Source of the DNA: a virus
Lineage: Duplodnaviria > Caudoviricetes
Direction: 5' to 3' (one strand)
IMG/VR virus record: IMGVR_UViG_3300045919_000118
Location: 966-64,965 of that record
Length of the DNA stretch: 64,000 nt
Shown piece by piece: positions 63,197-64,000 of this stretch (positions are counted from its first letter, which is position 1; each line of letters starts with the position of its first letter). The notes beneath the pieces were generated by a model. That model did not search any database and had not been told where the DNA came from. It worked only from the letters and a program-made list of their open reading frames with translations. The position numbers were made by a program, and so were the translations under genes.

Positions 63197-63485
63197 GCCA
63201 CCCGAGGTCGGCGGCATTCGAGAGGCAGAATTCCAGCTTTGGAAGCACCACCCGGTGACCAAGGTTGTGATGAAGTACCTGGACGATTATCGCGGGGCAA
63301 TGACGCGGCAGATAGTCCAGGCATGGGAGGCAGGAGCGCTGAAGCTAACGGACGACCTGGAGGGTCGCGGGAGATCGGTCATGCTGCGTGAAGTCACGAG
63401 CATGGATTTCGATGTCCTGGCGACGTTCTACGGCGTCGAACAGGAAAGCGACAGCAATGCAATCGAAGAGGATAGTAGCGAGTGA
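63174..63485 (+). CDS. Conserved small head-module protein
   Basis: EFQLWK.HPVTK motif typical of the gene after a podovirus portal. Confidence 0.6.
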   Translation: MPNEPKSKPPEVGGIREAEFQLWKHHPVTKVVMKYLDDYRGAMTRQIVQAWEAGALKLTDDLEGRGRSVMLREVTSMDFDVLATFYGVEQESDSNAIEEDSSE

Positions 63486-63879
63486 CTTCGAATACGAGGT
63501 CGCCGATTTCGACGGGACGAATACCAGCGGGCTGAACCCCCTGGCTGACACCGTCATCGTGATGTGCGACGTGGCTCCCGACAAGACGGCGGGCAACCTG
63601 TTCATCACCGCCGACACGCAGCTCCGCCAGCAGATGATGGCCGAAACCGGCGTTATCGTGGCTATCGGCGAGGGTGCCTTCAAATGGCTCTCGGACCGCA
63701 CCAGGCCCTGGATCGGACGAGTGCCGGAGGTTGGTGAGCACATCGCCTTTGAGCGCTACGCGGGCCGCGAGCAGACCGGCCTGGACGGCAAGCAGTACCG
63801 AGTCATGACGGACCGTGTCATCGCGGCCACCATCGACCGGGACAAGATGAAGTCCGCGAAGAAGGACGCTGGCAAGTGA
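63457..63879 (+). CDS. groES: GroES-like co-chaperonin
   Basis: L.PL.DTVIV, KTAG.LFI, G.IVAIG, VG..I.F.RYAG, Y.VM.D..I.A. Confidence 0.85.
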   Translation: MQSKRIVASDFEYEVADFDGTNTSGLNPLADTVIVMCDVAPDKTAGNLFITADTQLRQQMMAETGVIVAIGEGAFKWLSDRTRPWIGRVPEVGEHIAFERYAGREQTGLDGKQYRVMTDRVIAATIDRDKMKSAKKDAGK

Positions 63880-64000
63880 GCGGCGGCGCAGTAGATCGTC
63901 GCCTTGGCGACAGCGCAGCGCCAGGCATCAGCACTGATGACCTGGACATGAGCCCAGAGGCCCGTGCACGTCGCATGGGCTGGTATCCGCAGGACGAGTT
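63876..64000 (+). CDS. Scaffolding protein, 5' part (runs off the window)
   Basis: GTGA overlap; EARARRMGWYPQDE resembles podovirus scaffold N-termini; position after GroES. Confidence 0.6.
   Translation, partial: MSGGAVDRRLGDSAAPGISTDDLDMSPEARARRMGWYPQDE

Noticed and set aside
1-64000. Stop-codon reassignment
   Set aside because: Core genes (capsid, portal, TerL, DnaB, giant protein) are intact in the standard code, and TAA, TAG and TGA all end genes

Overview
The window is a near-complete, circularly permuted genome of a tailed dsDNA phage with a podovirus/P22-like virion. The host is probably an alphaproteobacterium, given the GcrA-like and GapR-like genes. It opens in the head module (decoration protein, major capsid, P22 gp4/gp10-like tail proteins). 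Next is a ~7 kb appendage cassette with small fibre-type proteins, a glycosyltransferase, a methyltransferase and an 872-aa protein carrying 13 acidic Asp/Tyr repeats. Four ejection-type proteins and a 3640-aa polyvalent protein follow, then a tail fibre and a lysis cassette containing a papain-like protease. A leftward recombination block holds tRNA-Gly. A rightward block carries Cro-like, GapR/RMF-like, RuvC, GcrA, MT-A70, DnaB, replication initiator and TerS genes. About 12.5 kb of small accessory genes (Tad2-like, SNase, outer-membrane beta-barrel, DUF6011-like) come before TerL, portal, GroES and the start of the scaffold gene. No integrase, CI repressor, DNA polymerase or CRISPR array was recognised. 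There are three main leads: (1) a recurring [RHL]-[YL]-Q motif at all seven inferred domain junctions of the giant protein, suggesting a processed polyprotein of injected effectors; (2) the repeat-scaffold plus GT/MTase appendage cassette; (3) a family of promoters sharing TGTACTG, most followed by a pentaloop hairpin. All family assignments come from motif recognition by eye; no searches were run.
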